Assembly (NCBI RefSeq): GCF_002105155.1
Contig: NW_019028982.1
Coordinates: 124,001 to 188,000, forward strand
Reading direction: 5' to 3'
Length of the DNA: 64,000 nt
Origin: Lobosporangium transversale
Taxonomy: Eukaryota
Shown here: positions 28,975-41,315 of the stretch, piece by piece
Position numbering within the stretch: the stretch's first letter is position 1
How the letters are laid out: each line of letters begins with the position of its first letter
Notes under the pieces: model-generated
Database searches by the model: none
What the model was told of the DNA's origin: nothing
What the model saw: only the letters and a program-made list of their open reading frames with translations
Translations under genes and position numbers: made by a program

Positions 28975-30913
28975 ACTGCTTCCCCTTTTTATTCATGGGG
29001 TATTGCCCAGTCCATGTTCCAAAAAGAAAAAGCCATCACCACAGCCCACTGGTCAAGTCAAACAAATGACACAACCTGATCTTTAAGATATTTATCTAGA
29101 ATACTATCATCCGACTTGTGAATATTCTTTCTAATCTTCAGATGGGTTGCTTTTTTAGTCTGCGTGAATATTCATGCATATTCATGTTTTTGACCCGACT
29201 TTTTTTTTCCTCACTTCAAGAAGTCCATTGTGGTTACAAATGTTCCTGAAAAATAAATAAACAACAAATAAAAAAGGGGTGTCCTCCACTTGTTCATACG
29301 CTAGTCTCAAATCTCAAATCACAAACCTAATGAAATTTGTTTTTAGACCCGCCTCTTAGACTTCATCGAAGGAACCCTGTCAAACAACGCTTTATTGTTC
29401 AACAGCCACAATCTTCTTCTAATGATATTACTTGGCTAGAAGCTGCCAAGAATCTGCGCTGACTAACCTCCACATGATTATATGTATACCATGGGTAATG
29501 ATTCCTTTTTTAACTTTTTTTTTTTTTTTTTTTTTTTTTACAAGAATAGCCCGCTGATTTATACATTTTCTACTTTCTGGACATTCGCCCCTCGGGCTGT
29601 GTATAATGGCGTTCTATTTTTAGATCCAAGAATCTTTCTTCCGTCTGCACATCAATCAAATTCTAATCTTTCTGATATTCTTTTTTCCAAAGACAGAAAT
29701 TCAAGCCCGCATGGCTCACTTTTTCATTCTTCAGGGCAATAGGGGCTCTAATCGGATTATTCAACTGTAGAATGTATTAATACTTGACGCCTCCCTTTCA
29801 TCAAAGCGCCTTATAGTCACTGTAAGTCCAGCTATATCCCCTCGATGGTTCTTTCTAGTGTCGCGTAGCTATTACACAACTCATACTATTCAATATCGAA
29901 AATATACTTACAGAATGAGAATTCAGCTTCTTGTGATGCACATCCAAAGGTTGTCCGCAAAAGCAATAGCCTTCTTTTTTATTTTATTAAATTTTTTTTT
30001 GTGATAACAAGGATCCTCAGGGTCAATATTTTTTTTTTTTTTTTTTTTTTTTTACCAGCCATTCGCCTGAATGCCGCGAAGCAGACAGCCCAAGGCGCAC
30101 CACGTGGAGGTAATCTGATTGCATGCCCGAATAGCCTTCAATTTTCATAAGTCCTACTCTTGAGTAATGCTCATAAAGGAAGGCCACATGGCTCTTGCGC
30201 TTAGTACCTGCATTTATGTGACGTGCTCTTGTAGGAAGGAAGGATGCAAAGAATACGTTAGCACACCTTACTGTTTGATGTTTCATTCAAAAGTTTTAAA
30301 TCCCAAGTTTGGCTCTCCTATGTAAATAAATGTATTGATGTACACGTCTATTAAAGTCAAGTCTATTGATAATACTTTTTAACCAAATTAAATATGCATT
30401 GCAATAACATTTGGAATCTATCAAATAAAAGCTTTGGCTGTTTGGAAGAGATTTAGTAAAGTCAATAATTATATACTACCCAACACTTTTGGGTGAAAAA
30501 AAAGATGACAGCCGACTAGGAAAAAGATTTAACTTCTGTCTAATACATTGCTTCTATGGTCTTCAAACGTTATCAAAAGTTGATGAGAAACGTATTATTA
30601 TTTGCTTATGAGCTTATAAAAAATGACGTTTTAAATATGTGGAAAGGCTGTCAGTTGGTATAGAAGTATTCAATCGGTATTGGAAATACCATCTGGTTTT
30701 ACTACTATCATCACTCATGTTGCTTGGAAGCTTCCAAACCCTATCCGTAATGACTGAAATCAGTCTTCCAAGTAATAAGCCGACTTTTAGTGATGAACTT
30801 CCAAGTAAAAAATCAGCAATGATTAGAAAGCATCGCAATCCATCCTATACCATTATTGCCAATGAATTAAGACTAGATGTGATGACCAAAAATGTATATT
30901 GACTAAGAGCGGC

Positions 30914-30944
<31 letters not shown>

Positions 30945-31581
30945 GAAAAAAAGATTATCTGGATATAAATCAGAAGTCAACAATAAGTTCAATACGAGCT
31001 ACCATATATACTTCAACAACGAAGAATTGTCTTCCAGTTAGGGTGCCAATAGACGGCAGTTAGTAAACCCTGTTCCCTATCCCTTAGGAACACCGGATGA
31101 AAGTTAAGTATAGGTGCACTAGATCTTACAGACAAGAAGAAAGAAGAAATGTTGCAAGGTATATATATTTTCTCCGGTCTTGACTAGATGGTAGTAAAAG
31201 GGAAACCTCGTTAACCGCATGTCGTTAGGTACAAACGTCAAAGACAGTAAGTAATTCATGGAGGTGAGCCTGAGGATTCTAGGGTAATTTATTCAAGCCA
31301 AGGCTGATCTTTCAATACGCGTTGTGAGCTGTATTTATACTATGGAAGCAATGCAATAGGGGAAGTGCAAATAATGCATATTCTGGGCCGTACAAATGTC
31401 TTCTGTTTTGTGAATCACCTTTTCTGTTGCACAGGTTCTCTTTTTTTCTTTTATCTTTCTTTCTTAAATATACATATATGATAAGGGATATAGTAACCAA
31501 AGCATCTGCATAATCACAGGGGAACTGCTTCCTTCGTAAACCACTTTTTTCTAAAAAAACAAAAAACAAAAAACAAAAAAC

Positions 31582-31613
<32 letters not shown>

Positions 31614-31688
31614 GTGCTAGATGGAAGGTGCTGCGTGCGATAACAAGAGCCTACTGGCAATCCTCTGGAAAGGTCGTTGCTCTGCACC

Positions 31689-33383
31689 TCATTGGTGATA
31701 ATCGAACCGAATATAGGACATATCGAGCTTTGGTAGTGTCTGGAGCTGATTTAACACTGCTTCATAAAGCTCATATGAAGTATGGCCCGACCCTCCTAGG
31801 CTTCCTGTTGTGGATTCAGGATCCTCACTATCATCCAGGCCAACGTGTATGTCATACAGTCTTTGTCTTATCTGGCAATCATACTCAGAAAATACATTAT
31901 CCTCGACCAGGGCTTCGGATGGCGCCCATTTTTTATCTGGCCCATAAATACATGTCTCGAGGATTTCCAAATTTCGGCAGACTAAAACCCCATCTTGGTA
32001 ATAAATATCACCCTCGGGCATGTTCTCAGACAATGTAGCATCAATGTCGGCTCCATCTCCATTGATTTCTGCAAACTCGAGCAGACCGTTACTACTGCTG
32101 AGATCAGCAAGCTCTGTTGCTTCGATCAAAGCCTGTCGCAGTGACACTTTTTTAAGATTCGGGCACCTTCGCAACATCCAAAGAATAGCATGAGAGGATA
32201 GGCGGCCCATGAATCTGCCTGTCTGAGAGTAAATGCGGATTTCCTCAAGTGACTGACGATAGGGACGATGACGAAGGATCAACGTGAGTACATGGCGATC
32301 TTCAATGTCTACATCTTCCAAATCTAGTCGTCTAAGACTTGGGAATGCCTTGAGGAGACAAGCCAGCCCTTCCAAGTCAATCTCAATCCCATTTAATCCT
32401 AGGCACTCAAGCCGTGGACAGTACGATGAAAGTCGATCAACAAACCGGTCGAGTTCAGTAGACATTCTCAAAAAAAGCGAGTCCGGCATGAGGGAATTTG
32501 AAAGGGAGATACTCTCAAGATTTGGACTAACGCAGGCGATTCTGAGGATGGATACATAAGAATGCTGACACCCGTCCAAGAATAGCGAACGCAATTGAAG
32601 GGATATTTTGTTTTGTAATTGTGGTCGTTGTAATCTGGGTTCCAGCTCCACAGCCGATGGTTCTGCTGATCCTTGTAACAGCCCGGTTTTGATATTGAAA
32701 CTCAGGCTCGGATGGGTGAACTCTACCCACTCTCCGAGATGTAGCGATTCTAAGTTGGGCAGTTGCTCCAGCAGAAACTCTAAACATCCAGGCAGGACAC
32801 GGAAGTAATATAGACTTAAATGTCTTAGCTCTTTTAGCTTCGCGAGGATCTGGATAAATTCAATGGTGATATCGATATTTTCACTAGGTAGCGCTGAGCC
32901 CAACCAGAGCTCTTTAATGTTAATGTTGTGTTTGAGAATATCTTTGATGATTCCTTGTGAGATAGACTCGTATAGAACGGGGGCTTTGAAGACGGTTAAA
33001 CGCGTACAATCCGGGCCAATGTTGTCTAATCGGTCGTACATGGCACATCGTAGTTCACGGATATAATGTGAATAACGTGGGAGAGCTTTCCGAAAGGCTT
33101 CATGAGTCCACTGATCAGGTTTGATAGACCGCCAAAGCTCGCTTACAAATGGGACGAACCAAGTGCTGCATACAGAGCAGGCATTAGCGAGATCGGCTGG
33201 GGCCAGGTACTGCGCGATCTGGCTTGCAATTTCGGAAATCTCCATGATGTTTTTACCATCATTGTTCATGTCTGATTGATGCATAAATGAAACCACGCGT
33301 TGCTTGAGGGGAATGAGAAGGAAAAAGGGAGAGGGACGCAAAAAAGGCGAGTTAATTTTGAATATATGATGGAGTCTGTGCAA
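31689..33383 (-). CDS. F-box/LRR protein, intronless (true start may be the Met near 33284 or 33269)
   Basis: F-box IMEISEIASQIAQYLAPADLANACSVCSTWFVPFVSELWRSI and LRRs (LPNLESLHL, CPRLECLGL, CPNLKKVSL, VCRNLEIL). Confidence 0.8.
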   Translation of the reverse strand: MHRLHHIFKINSPFLRPSPFFLLIPLKQRVVSFMHQSDMNNDGKNIMEISEIASQIAQYLAPADLANACSVCSTWFVPFVSELWRSIKPDQWTHEAFRKALPRYSHYIRELRCAMYDRLDNIGPDCTRLTVFKAPVLYESISQGIIKDILKHNINIKELWLGSALPSENIDITIEFIQILAKLKELRHLSLYYFRVLPGCLEFLLEQLPNLESLHLGEWVEFTHPSLSFNIKTGLLQGSAEPSAVELEPRLQRPQLQNKISLQLRSLFLDGCQHSYVSILRIACVSPNLESISLSNSLMPDSLFLRMSTELDRFVDRLSSYCPRLECLGLNGIEIDLEGLACLLKAFPSLRRLDLEDVDIEDRHVLTLILRHRPYRQSLEEIRIYSQTGRFMGRLSSHAILWMLRRCPNLKKVSLRQALIEATELADLSSSNGLLEFAEINGDGADIDATLSENMPEGDIYYQDGVLVCRNLEILETCIYGPDKKWAPSEALVEDNVFSEYDCQIRQRLYDIHVGLDDSEDPESTTGSLGGSGHTSYELYEAVLNQLQTLPKLDMSYIRFDYHQ

Positions 33384-33862
33384 AGAGTGGCGTTCTCTAC
33401 GATGGAATGGTGCACAGCCACTCGTTTAACATGTAAACCTTTTCTTTTAATGGAAGGTGAAAGGCGCCCTCGAATCTGCCCCTCCAGTTGAATGATTGAA
33501 TCAGCTGAAATGATTCCCAATAAAAGTATCTGTTACAAAGCACGATCAGCTTTTGGAGTAGTAAATCAAATATTCTTGGCCAAATGCTCCGGGAGAACAA
33601 CTGCGATTTCAATCTCAACATCGAATTGTACCCACAAGTGTAATAATAACATGGGTCTCTCTTATATATATAATATCATAAGCGCTATCTGCGTTTTGCT
33701 ATGTCTACTTAGCTGATTGTATAATTAAGCAAGATGGCCTTGCAGGTCTGAGGAGTTTACGAAGGATAGAAAGCTGTGACCAGTGCTCAATCTCGGCTCA
33801 ATTATTGAATTGGGCTAAGCATGGAAACGGTCAGAAAGACCTTCCTCTTTTGGACGACATTC

Positions 33863-33893
<31 letters not shown>

Positions 33894-33907
33894 CCATTTG
33901 CATTTCA

Positions 33908-33939
<32 letters not shown>

Positions 33940-33969
33940 TCTCATTAATGTCCATCTTTCCATCGCTCC

Positions 33970-35706
33970 ATGCATCCTCCAACTGCACTGTCCATTGTGT
34001 TACTACAACCTCTCATCCGCGACGAAATTGCTGCATGTCTCTCTCAGAGTGACCTTGCGTGCTGTACACGCGTTAATACTGCTTGGAATATTGCTTTTGC
34101 ACCAAGGCTCTGGAGAGATGTTTTTCTCGCAAATCAACAGATCATTTCTTTACTTCAATCATCCTCTGCAGCTCAACAGGGTCTTTGCCGCAACGCTGAG
34201 CATGTGCGTTCAATCCGCAGCTTTTTTTGCTACGCGTTTCAATCTTTAGCAGGAATAGATGAGTTCCCCAATCTAGTTCGTCTCGATTCTCTTGCGTCAG
34301 AGCTCCATAACAAGGGAATTGTCGATCACACAAATACACAGCGGCTGCTACAATTCGTTAAAATGAACATGAGTCTGCGAGAGATCATCCTTTCCAACTT
34401 TCCGCTTGCAAGCATCAAGATGTCCAAGCTCCTCGGTGATACAATTGCTCTCCATCCTGGGCTGATCAGCGTCACAATCAACTGTTTTCGTGAGCCAAAT
34501 CTGCTCAGTATCCAGCATGTACTCCGTGGAGTCATCGTTAGTAAGGTTGAGAAGCTATCGCTAATATGTAGGGCAGATATCGTCTCCACACCAGAAACCA
34601 TCACGGGAAGCTTAGATTACAACAAAAGCAGTATCGGGCTCAACGTCAGCAGTAACATAGGTCTAGATATTTCAGCGGATGTGTCATGTCAAGACTTACC
34701 AGAGGCACATGTAGCCTCTGCGCTCAAAGACCTGAGGCTAGAGGCCAATATCGAACATGTGCACTTCGATATATTACTGTCAATCTTAAGGACATCACCC
34801 AATTTAGAGCATCTTTATGTACCATGTATCAACACAGATGAATCATTTCAAGCTCTCTCTTCCACCATACAGGGATACTGTCCGCGATTACGCCACATCA
34901 CAAGTGGGTTCTCGCATTCAAAGGACGAGCATATGGCCTTGCTGTTGAACTCATGTTACTCTTTGAGAAGCTACATTACGGATAGCGAACAGCCACTAGG
35001 ACCACTGACTATCAACAGTTTACTCCATCATCAACATAGTCTAACGTTGGAGCAACTAAGCATCAAATCGTGCAGCTCGATCGCAAGCAAGCATATTCAG
35101 CTCATTCTGACCACCTGCCCTAAGCTAACGTCGTTCGAGGCTTTGCCTAGTCATCACTGGCAGGAAACCTATAGCCCGAGACTAAACATTAAGGACCTAC
35201 CTGTCCATGTAGGGAGTGGCCAACCAGCCTGGGTTTGCCTTGGGCTTCGAGATCTGAAAATTGGCTTCACGGGATTTTCAGCTCTACCTGATTCAGAGCC
35301 TGCACATCCTTATGTCGAACATATCTATAAGCAACTTGCCTGTATGACACAGCTGCGTACATTGCACCTTGCAGGCGAGTTTGATCTTCGAATGCTCCAT
35401 CCAGAATCAAAAGTCTGGTGTTTTGATTTTACATTAGCCAGTGGCCTTGGTCATCTTGAGACATTAACCAACTTGAGGACATTGAGCGTTCAGAGGCTAA
35501 AGCACCATCGGATTGGAAACAAGGAAAGAGCATGGATGGCACAGCATTGGTTGAACCTCACGGCATTCTATACAACACCTGCCCATATTCAAACTAGCCG
35601 CGAAGGTAGTAATAGCGTTAGTGGTTTTGAGCCAACACGATATCTTCAAAAACACGCGCGGAATTGGTCAACATTAACAATTTTTGTTGGTGTGCAAGCA
35701 ATATGA
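33970..35706 (+). CDS. F-box/LRR protein, intronless
   Basis: F-box PLIRDEIAACLSQSDLACCTRVNTAWNIAFAPRLWRDV, LRRs, WVCLGLRDLKI, IYKQLACMTQLRTLHL, FTLASGLGHLETLTNLRTL and WMAQHWLNL. Confidence 0.85.
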   Translation: MHPPTALSIVLLQPLIRDEIAACLSQSDLACCTRVNTAWNIAFAPRLWRDVFLANQQIISLLQSSSAAQQGLCRNAEHVRSIRSFFCYAFQSLAGIDEFPNLVRLDSLASELHNKGIVDHTNTQRLLQFVKMNMSLREIILSNFPLASIKMSKLLGDTIALHPGLISVTINCFREPNLLSIQHVLRGVIVSKVEKLSLICRADIVSTPETITGSLDYNKSSIGLNVSSNIGLDISADVSCQDLPEAHVASALKDLRLEANIEHVHFDILLSILRTSPNLEHLYVPCINTDESFQALSSTIQGYCPRLRHITSGFSHSKDEHMALLLNSCYSLRSYITDSEQPLGPLTINSLLHHQHSLTLEQLSIKSCSSIASKHIQLILTTCPKLTSFEALPSHHWQETYSPRLNIKDLPVHVGSGQPAWVCLGLRDLKIGFTGFSALPDSEPAHPYVEHIYKQLACMTQLRTLHLAGEFDLRMLHPESKVWCFDFTLASGLGHLETLTNLRTLSVQRLKHHRIGNKERAWMAQHWLNLTAFYTTPAHIQTSREGSNSVSGFEPTRYLQKHARNWSTLTIFVGVQAI

Positions 35707-36241
35707 TTAATAGATATCCAAATTGACATTATTTATTTTATGTTTATTTTATTTTTTTCTTACGACTCAAGTAAGGCAGAAAGGAAGAGATCGTGACATG
35801 GGTCCATTGAAGAAACAAGCTTTACCCGTGCTTTTTACATTTTTCAAAGGTGAGCAACCTTGGTCATAGCAGATACCTTATATCCGCGTGGGATCTGTGC
35901 TTTTTTTTATGGTTACTATTATTGCTGTTCTGGTCACATGCGCACAAAGTGATATTAAGTATCTGGATACGTCTGTAGATCTCTGGTCGTCAAAATGATG
36001 CTGCCCAAGTCCTTTTCATTATAGTCATTAACCTGGGGTTTTTCTCTGCGAGTGAAGATCCTATCTCTCGAAGAGCGCTTTTGAAGCCCTTTGCGACTTT
36101 AGCATTTGAGCTGGCATAATGAAAGCGCCAAGCTGTTGTACTAGCACTGGCATCTTTTAGCGGGTCTCAACAGAGCTAGCATTTACATGGTGTAAAATAA
36201 ATAATAATAGTATTAAATAAAAAGTTTTCTATCAATTAACA

Positions 36242-38665
36242 TCATATCCCATTGGTCCTTGAAAAGCGCTCTGGCCACTCCTGTGCCAGACAGATCTCGA
36301 ACGCAAGCCAACCAACGACCTGGCTCTCATTTGGCTTGCATTCATCGTTATCAAACACGGCTCTACTCGCAGCAGACGACCCTACATGTCTGTCCTCTGA
36401 CGCTACTATTGCTTCATCCCCATTACTAAATAGATGACTTTGAGTTTGCTCTTGATGGCCCTGTATCACCGAGTTGCTGCTTTTATTGATAATCGCTCTC
36501 AAATCAGGCCAGTGGCGTCTGAACCACTGAGCTTCCCGTCTTGTCATCTGGTCCTCCCATCCCGTAACAACAAGTTCTTTCATCTTGACAAGATTCTTCA
36601 ATTCATCAAGCCCAGCATGGAGGGTCCATGGGATTCCGCGTGGATACTCGACCAAGAAATGAAATGACATTGATCCTCCACCTGTGAGATCAATAAATTC
36701 TAGTTGTGTCAACTTGTGGAGCTGCTGAAAGATCGCCAACTGAATATCTTTTAGCGTGATGGACTCATCTGATTTTGCTTCTTGTCCGTGTTCTGCTTGC
36801 TTCTTCGTTTCCTCTTCTTCATCCTTTCCCACGTATTCAAGCGATCGGCCCACTTGAGTTTGCTGCTGAAAATAACGGTCGAAGGTCACCTTCCCTGATA
36901 ATAAAAACCTAGTTGCTGCTTCAGGCCCTAAGATTCGTTGCAATGGGAATCCCAAAGGTTCGTGGGTCTGGCCCTGTTGCACGCTCTGTTCCCACAGTAC
37001 AGAATCTGGCCGTGCCATGCAAACCAATAGTTGAAGTCGTTTTAATTTTAAGCATGCCCACGACATGGGGGAACCCACCAGATCTTCGCCCCAAAGAACA
37101 TTTTGTGGGCCCGTAAAGTCGACCAATTCGTTGCAATGGCATAATAATGACTGAATATCTGTGCTCTTAATCCAAGTGCTACTGTGGAGATCAAGATGAG
37201 TCAACACCCGATAATGGTCATGATTAATTAGCTCAGTGACAAAATCCTGATCGACAGTATAGGATATCAACGAAACCGAGTGTAGATTCTCGCGAGAGGA
37301 TTCCATAAGGCCCTTAACAAATAAGTTAGGCAGTATGCTCCCGTCTTCGTGTTTGTAGGTTTGAAGCTGAGGACAGTTCCAAAACACACTGAATTCAGGT
37401 GAATGAGGCGAAGATGAAGAAGATGGATCAAAATCGGGATCAAGATTTTCTTGTTGTTGGCTGGAGTTTGCTCCAACAGCGTGGCTGAAACTGGTAGGGA
37501 AGTGACAATTAGATAGACAAAGCTTTTCTAGCGCTGGAGCATAAATGCAAAGCTGCAGGAGAGGGAAGTGAGGGCTCTCAAGCGTCAAATATCGGACTTG
37601 TTGAAGATTAAGGATGGCGAGTGTTGTGTTTTGCTGTTCTTGCTGTTCCTGTTGCACTGTTTGCTGTCCGAACTGTACTAAAGATGTCGTTAAATCCGAG
37701 TTCGTCAATGAAGCCATCCTGAACAATGTTGATAGATGCATTGATGACTCATTTTTGTCCCCTGTGGTTATGTCTGGCCAGTTTGGTTCCTTTTCAAGAT
37801 GAAGAGTCTTGAGATGAAGTCTACGTAGCTTTGGACAGTTGGAAATGATGCAATTCAATTCTGTCACAGATGCTTTTAGCTGCTCCAGCTGCAGGTCTAC
37901 CAGCTGAAGTTGCTTTGTCAACAAATATTTACCCAACTGGTCCATATGAGTGTCTGAAACTCCAATCCAACGAAAGGTTTGTAGTCGCGGATGATGATGT
38001 AGTAGTGATAAAATGCGATTGCTGGTCTTTACAAGAAATGCATCCTGATGTCTATCATATCGGACCACGACGCTGGTCTTGAATAGAGCCTCTTGATTCT
38101 GTGTACTTCTCTCGTCCTGAATTACACCATCTTCGCCTACTTCAACCCATTCGTCTCTTCTGGTCCAGCAGCACAGAGGAAGTAGTTTTGAGTTGAGTCT
38201 GACAGTGAGATGCAGTAAGTTAGGGCAGTGGGTTGCAGGATCCATGTTATAATCCGGAGAACGAAGGGAGACTTGCTCATGACTCATGTCACTGGGGCAG
38301 TTATTTTTAAAGACAGGGCTTCTGTTGTTTTGACGGTACCCCTTGTTAATTAATTTGTTTCCCCGAGGAATCAAGGTTGGTTCTTCAATCGACAGTGAGA
38401 GCGTATGTGTGCTGTGTGACCGCCATTGCAGTGGCAGCAGGATTGGCCCAAACGTCCGCTTTGTCAGTGAGAGATCAAGAAAGAGTAATCGTCTAAAATC
38501 CACCTTCCAGGCCTTGCAAACGAGCATGCATGCGATAAGATCCCTATTACAGCCAAGCAAGAAGTACCCAATCTGTGATCTGATTTCAGGCAGCACGAGT
38601 GCACGCTGTACAGCTGTTCTTGTTACCGTTGAAGTTGTTGCCTGATGGAATGACATGAGTGTCAT
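36242..38665 (-). CDS. F-box/LRR protein, intronless
   Basis: F-box ALVLPEIRSQIGYFL...DLIACMLVCKAWKVDFRRLLF, then WACLKLKRLQL, IFQQLHKLTQLEFIDL, IPWTLHAGLDELKNL and WFRRHWPDL. First ATG at 38665. Confidence 0.85.
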   Translation of the reverse strand: MTLMSFHQATTSTVTRTAVQRALVLPEIRSQIGYFLLGCNRDLIACMLVCKAWKVDFRRLLFLDLSLTKRTFGPILLPLQWRSHSTHTLSLSIEEPTLIPRGNKLINKGYRQNNRSPVFKNNCPSDMSHEQVSLRSPDYNMDPATHCPNLLHLTVRLNSKLLPLCCWTRRDEWVEVGEDGVIQDERSTQNQEALFKTSVVVRYDRHQDAFLVKTSNRILSLLHHHPRLQTFRWIGVSDTHMDQLGKYLLTKQLQLVDLQLEQLKASVTELNCIISNCPKLRRLHLKTLHLEKEPNWPDITTGDKNESSMHLSTLFRMASLTNSDLTTSLVQFGQQTVQQEQQEQQNTTLAILNLQQVRYLTLESPHFPLLQLCIYAPALEKLCLSNCHFPTSFSHAVGANSSQQQENLDPDFDPSSSSSPHSPEFSVFWNCPQLQTYKHEDGSILPNLFVKGLMESSRENLHSVSLISYTVDQDFVTELINHDHYRVLTHLDLHSSTWIKSTDIQSLLCHCNELVDFTGPQNVLWGEDLVGSPMSWACLKLKRLQLLVCMARPDSVLWEQSVQQGQTHEPLGFPLQRILGPEAATRFLLSGKVTFDRYFQQQTQVGRSLEYVGKDEEEETKKQAEHGQEAKSDESITLKDIQLAIFQQLHKLTQLEFIDLTGGGSMSFHFLVEYPRGIPWTLHAGLDELKNLVKMKELVVTGWEDQMTRREAQWFRRHWPDLRAIINKSSNSVIQGHQEQTQSHLFSNGDEAIVASEDRHVGSSAASRAVFDNDECKPNESQVVGWLAFEICLAQEWPERFSRTNGI

Positions 38666-38922
38666 TGTCTGATTAAATGAATGTTGTGCTGATGTCAAGA
38701 AGACTTCATTCGAACATTTGGAAAAATAATTTTTTTTTTTTTTTTTTTACATGCATTTGTACACAGCAGTTTTTTAAAGCATTTCTGGTGAAGCTTATTT
38801 GTTCGTATCGGCGATCTTGTATTTCTCCGCAGTTCTCCGCAGCAAAGTTTATTAAAGGACCTTGAGATGCACAACCCCAGGTTTTAAACATTCCTTTCTA
38901 TTTACTTTGTTTTACTGTCATA

Positions 38923-40197
38923 TCAAGATCTGATCGCCTCAGATTGTGCATTTACTGCACGATGTTTCACACGTACGGCAAGTCCAGTTGCCATAGGGAG
39001 CGTAAGTGCGGGGATATACGTCGGCTCTGTGTCTGGATCCACAAGTTCAAACGTGAACTTTTGAAGAAGCATTGATGTGATAGTGATGGCTTCAATTGTA
39101 GCAAACTGCTGGCCGAGACTGATACAAAACAACCATAGCAATAGATAAAAGATGCATTTTGTTAGCATTTTATAGCTGGAGGCACAAATCCAATGTAAGG
39201 CCAAATCATCAATCTCTCCTCACAAAAAAAAAAAAAAAAAAAAAAAAATTACCATGTACGAGGACCGAGATGGAATGATACAAATTTGGCAGAGGATGGC
39301 TTTTCCCCAGTCAACCACCGCTCAGGCTTGAACTCCTTGGCATCGCGCCCCCAAAGAGATTCTAATCGACCCATTGCCCATGAACACCACCCAATATTCT
39401 CGCCCTTGTACACTCGAATGCCGCCTGGCAAGACATCATCTTGTACGCAAACCTTTATGTTCTGAGGGACTGATGGATACAGCCTCAAAGTCTCATAAAA
39501 GCATGCTTCAACATATTTTTGCTGCTTGATTGAGTCGTACGTTGGAAGGTTGTCTTTCAAAACATCGTTAATCTCCTCTGTCGCCTGGCGAAGAATCTCA
39601 GGACTCGCTTCTGATCGATGCATGAGATAGAACATCCAAGATAACGCTTGTGCCGTAGTATCACGACCAGCTACAGTCCCCCGGAAATAATAATATAACA
39701 ATAATAAAAAATAGAAAAATAAAAAAAGATATTACAAATCAGGATACGGGCTATCCATTGATGTCATTTCATATCGTAAAGAGACAGTTTCAAGGTGTAC
39801 CCAGAATCATATTGATCAGCTCATCTTTAAGCATTTCGTCCGACAAAAGTTCCCCATGCTCGTCTCGAGTATCCATGAACAACTGCATTAGATCTTTATG
39901 TTCACGCTCGTGCCCGCCATTCTCTTCAATCTCCTGGCGACGTTTCCGTATGACGTTGTAAGCAAATTCGTGCACAGTTTTTGTGTCTTTACGGACTACA
40001 TCTCCGTGCCCTGTCCACCAGTCCTTGATCTTCCAGATAGGTGAAACAATCCTTTCTGACAACGCATGATTAAGACGGTCGAATGCTACAGCAAATTCAA
40101 CTTCTTGCTCTGGGTTTTTGAGGCACCCAAACGATTGTCCAAATGCAATTTCGCCGAACGAATCTATCCATATAAATTTATGAATGGATAACGAACG

Positions 40198-40229
<32 letters not shown>

Positions 40230-41162
40230 AGTTTTATATAAGTGATAAAATAAGATAGGCTTTTCAGGTTTATAAGCAGACATAGAAAGACATAGTGTAC
40301 CGAGAGTGAATTGATAAAAGATATTCTGCAAGTCAACCACTTTATCTGTATCCGCAATTGTTGAAAGGTAATCAATGACGAGGTTTGCTTCATGGCAGAA
40401 GACATTGCTGGTATAGGAGCGGAATGACTTAACGTTAAAGATATGGCTTGCAAGTTTTCTCTGCCAACGCCAGTGCTATTCAATAGGATTGTACAAAGTT
40501 GTTAGTTGCTTTTTTTTTTTTTTTTTTTTTTTCTGTACGCCTTTTGGCAGATAGATGTAATATGCACCTCGCCATCGGCCCCAAAGATCCCTATCGGATA
40601 GTAAAACAAGTTAGATGTAGAGCAGAATTGAAGCAGAGTCCAAATGTTAAAAGAATATCTACCTCGTCGATGGCACGTAATTTAGATGTTTTATGTCATA
40701 TAGTATGTAGTAAATGCACATACCTTGCCCAACCATTGGCTCGATAACGCTTCTAAGGCGAGGACCCTTTTCATAGGCCCAAAAATTGACTCTTAGCACA
40801 TGGTCAATCATCTCTGGGTTCGTGACATTGATAATCCTACCAATCCCTGGTAATGAGACGGTATAACATGAGCCATATCTGACTTCATGGTTCTCTGTCT
40901 GGCGCTGATAGTTTTGTGTACGGGGTCGTCGCATCAGCTCGAAAGTGTTCCCAATAAGAGGCAATCCTCGTGGTCCTTTCAGGTCAGGTCTCGGTCGAAC
41001 ACCATATGTAGTCCTACGATATTTAATAATAATAAAAAGAATATAGGCCCCGATGACCTTAGAGGCATTGGCTTGTGTGAAGATTCGAGCAAAAAGGCGT
41101 AACAGGGTGGTGACTAGTGTAGTGCGCCCCTCGCTGCCAGGCCTCGCCACTGAAGACAGCAT
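38923..41162 (-). CDS. Cytochrome P450, CYP704/86/94-like (putative fatty-acid hydroxylase); 6 exons including a 23-nt micro-exon at 40568-40590
   Basis: GPRGLPLIGN, GIFGADGE|HWRWQRK, I-helix AGRDTTAQ, ETLRLYP, PERW and heme motif FHLGPRT|CLGQQFA (the Cys codon is split by the last intron). The subfamily call is inference. Confidence 0.93.
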
Positions 41163-41315
41163 TAATATCAGTACTTTATATACGTGGGATGTAAGGAAAG
41201 GTTGAAAAGCAAATAAAAAAAAAAAAGAATGAAACAAAAAAAGCCGAAAATTGCGGCTTTTGAGTAGCACGTGCATAACTGAGCCCATTATATTTCATTT
41301 ACAAATGTGTGCAAG

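Noticed and set aside
29000..31600. Short ORFs in the 2.6-kb intergenic region, and the many poly-F/poly-K ORFs in the track
   Set aside because: These are products of homopolymer runs or antisense shadows of real genes, with no recognisable motifs. No Fanzor/TnpB, RT or integrase signatures were seen.
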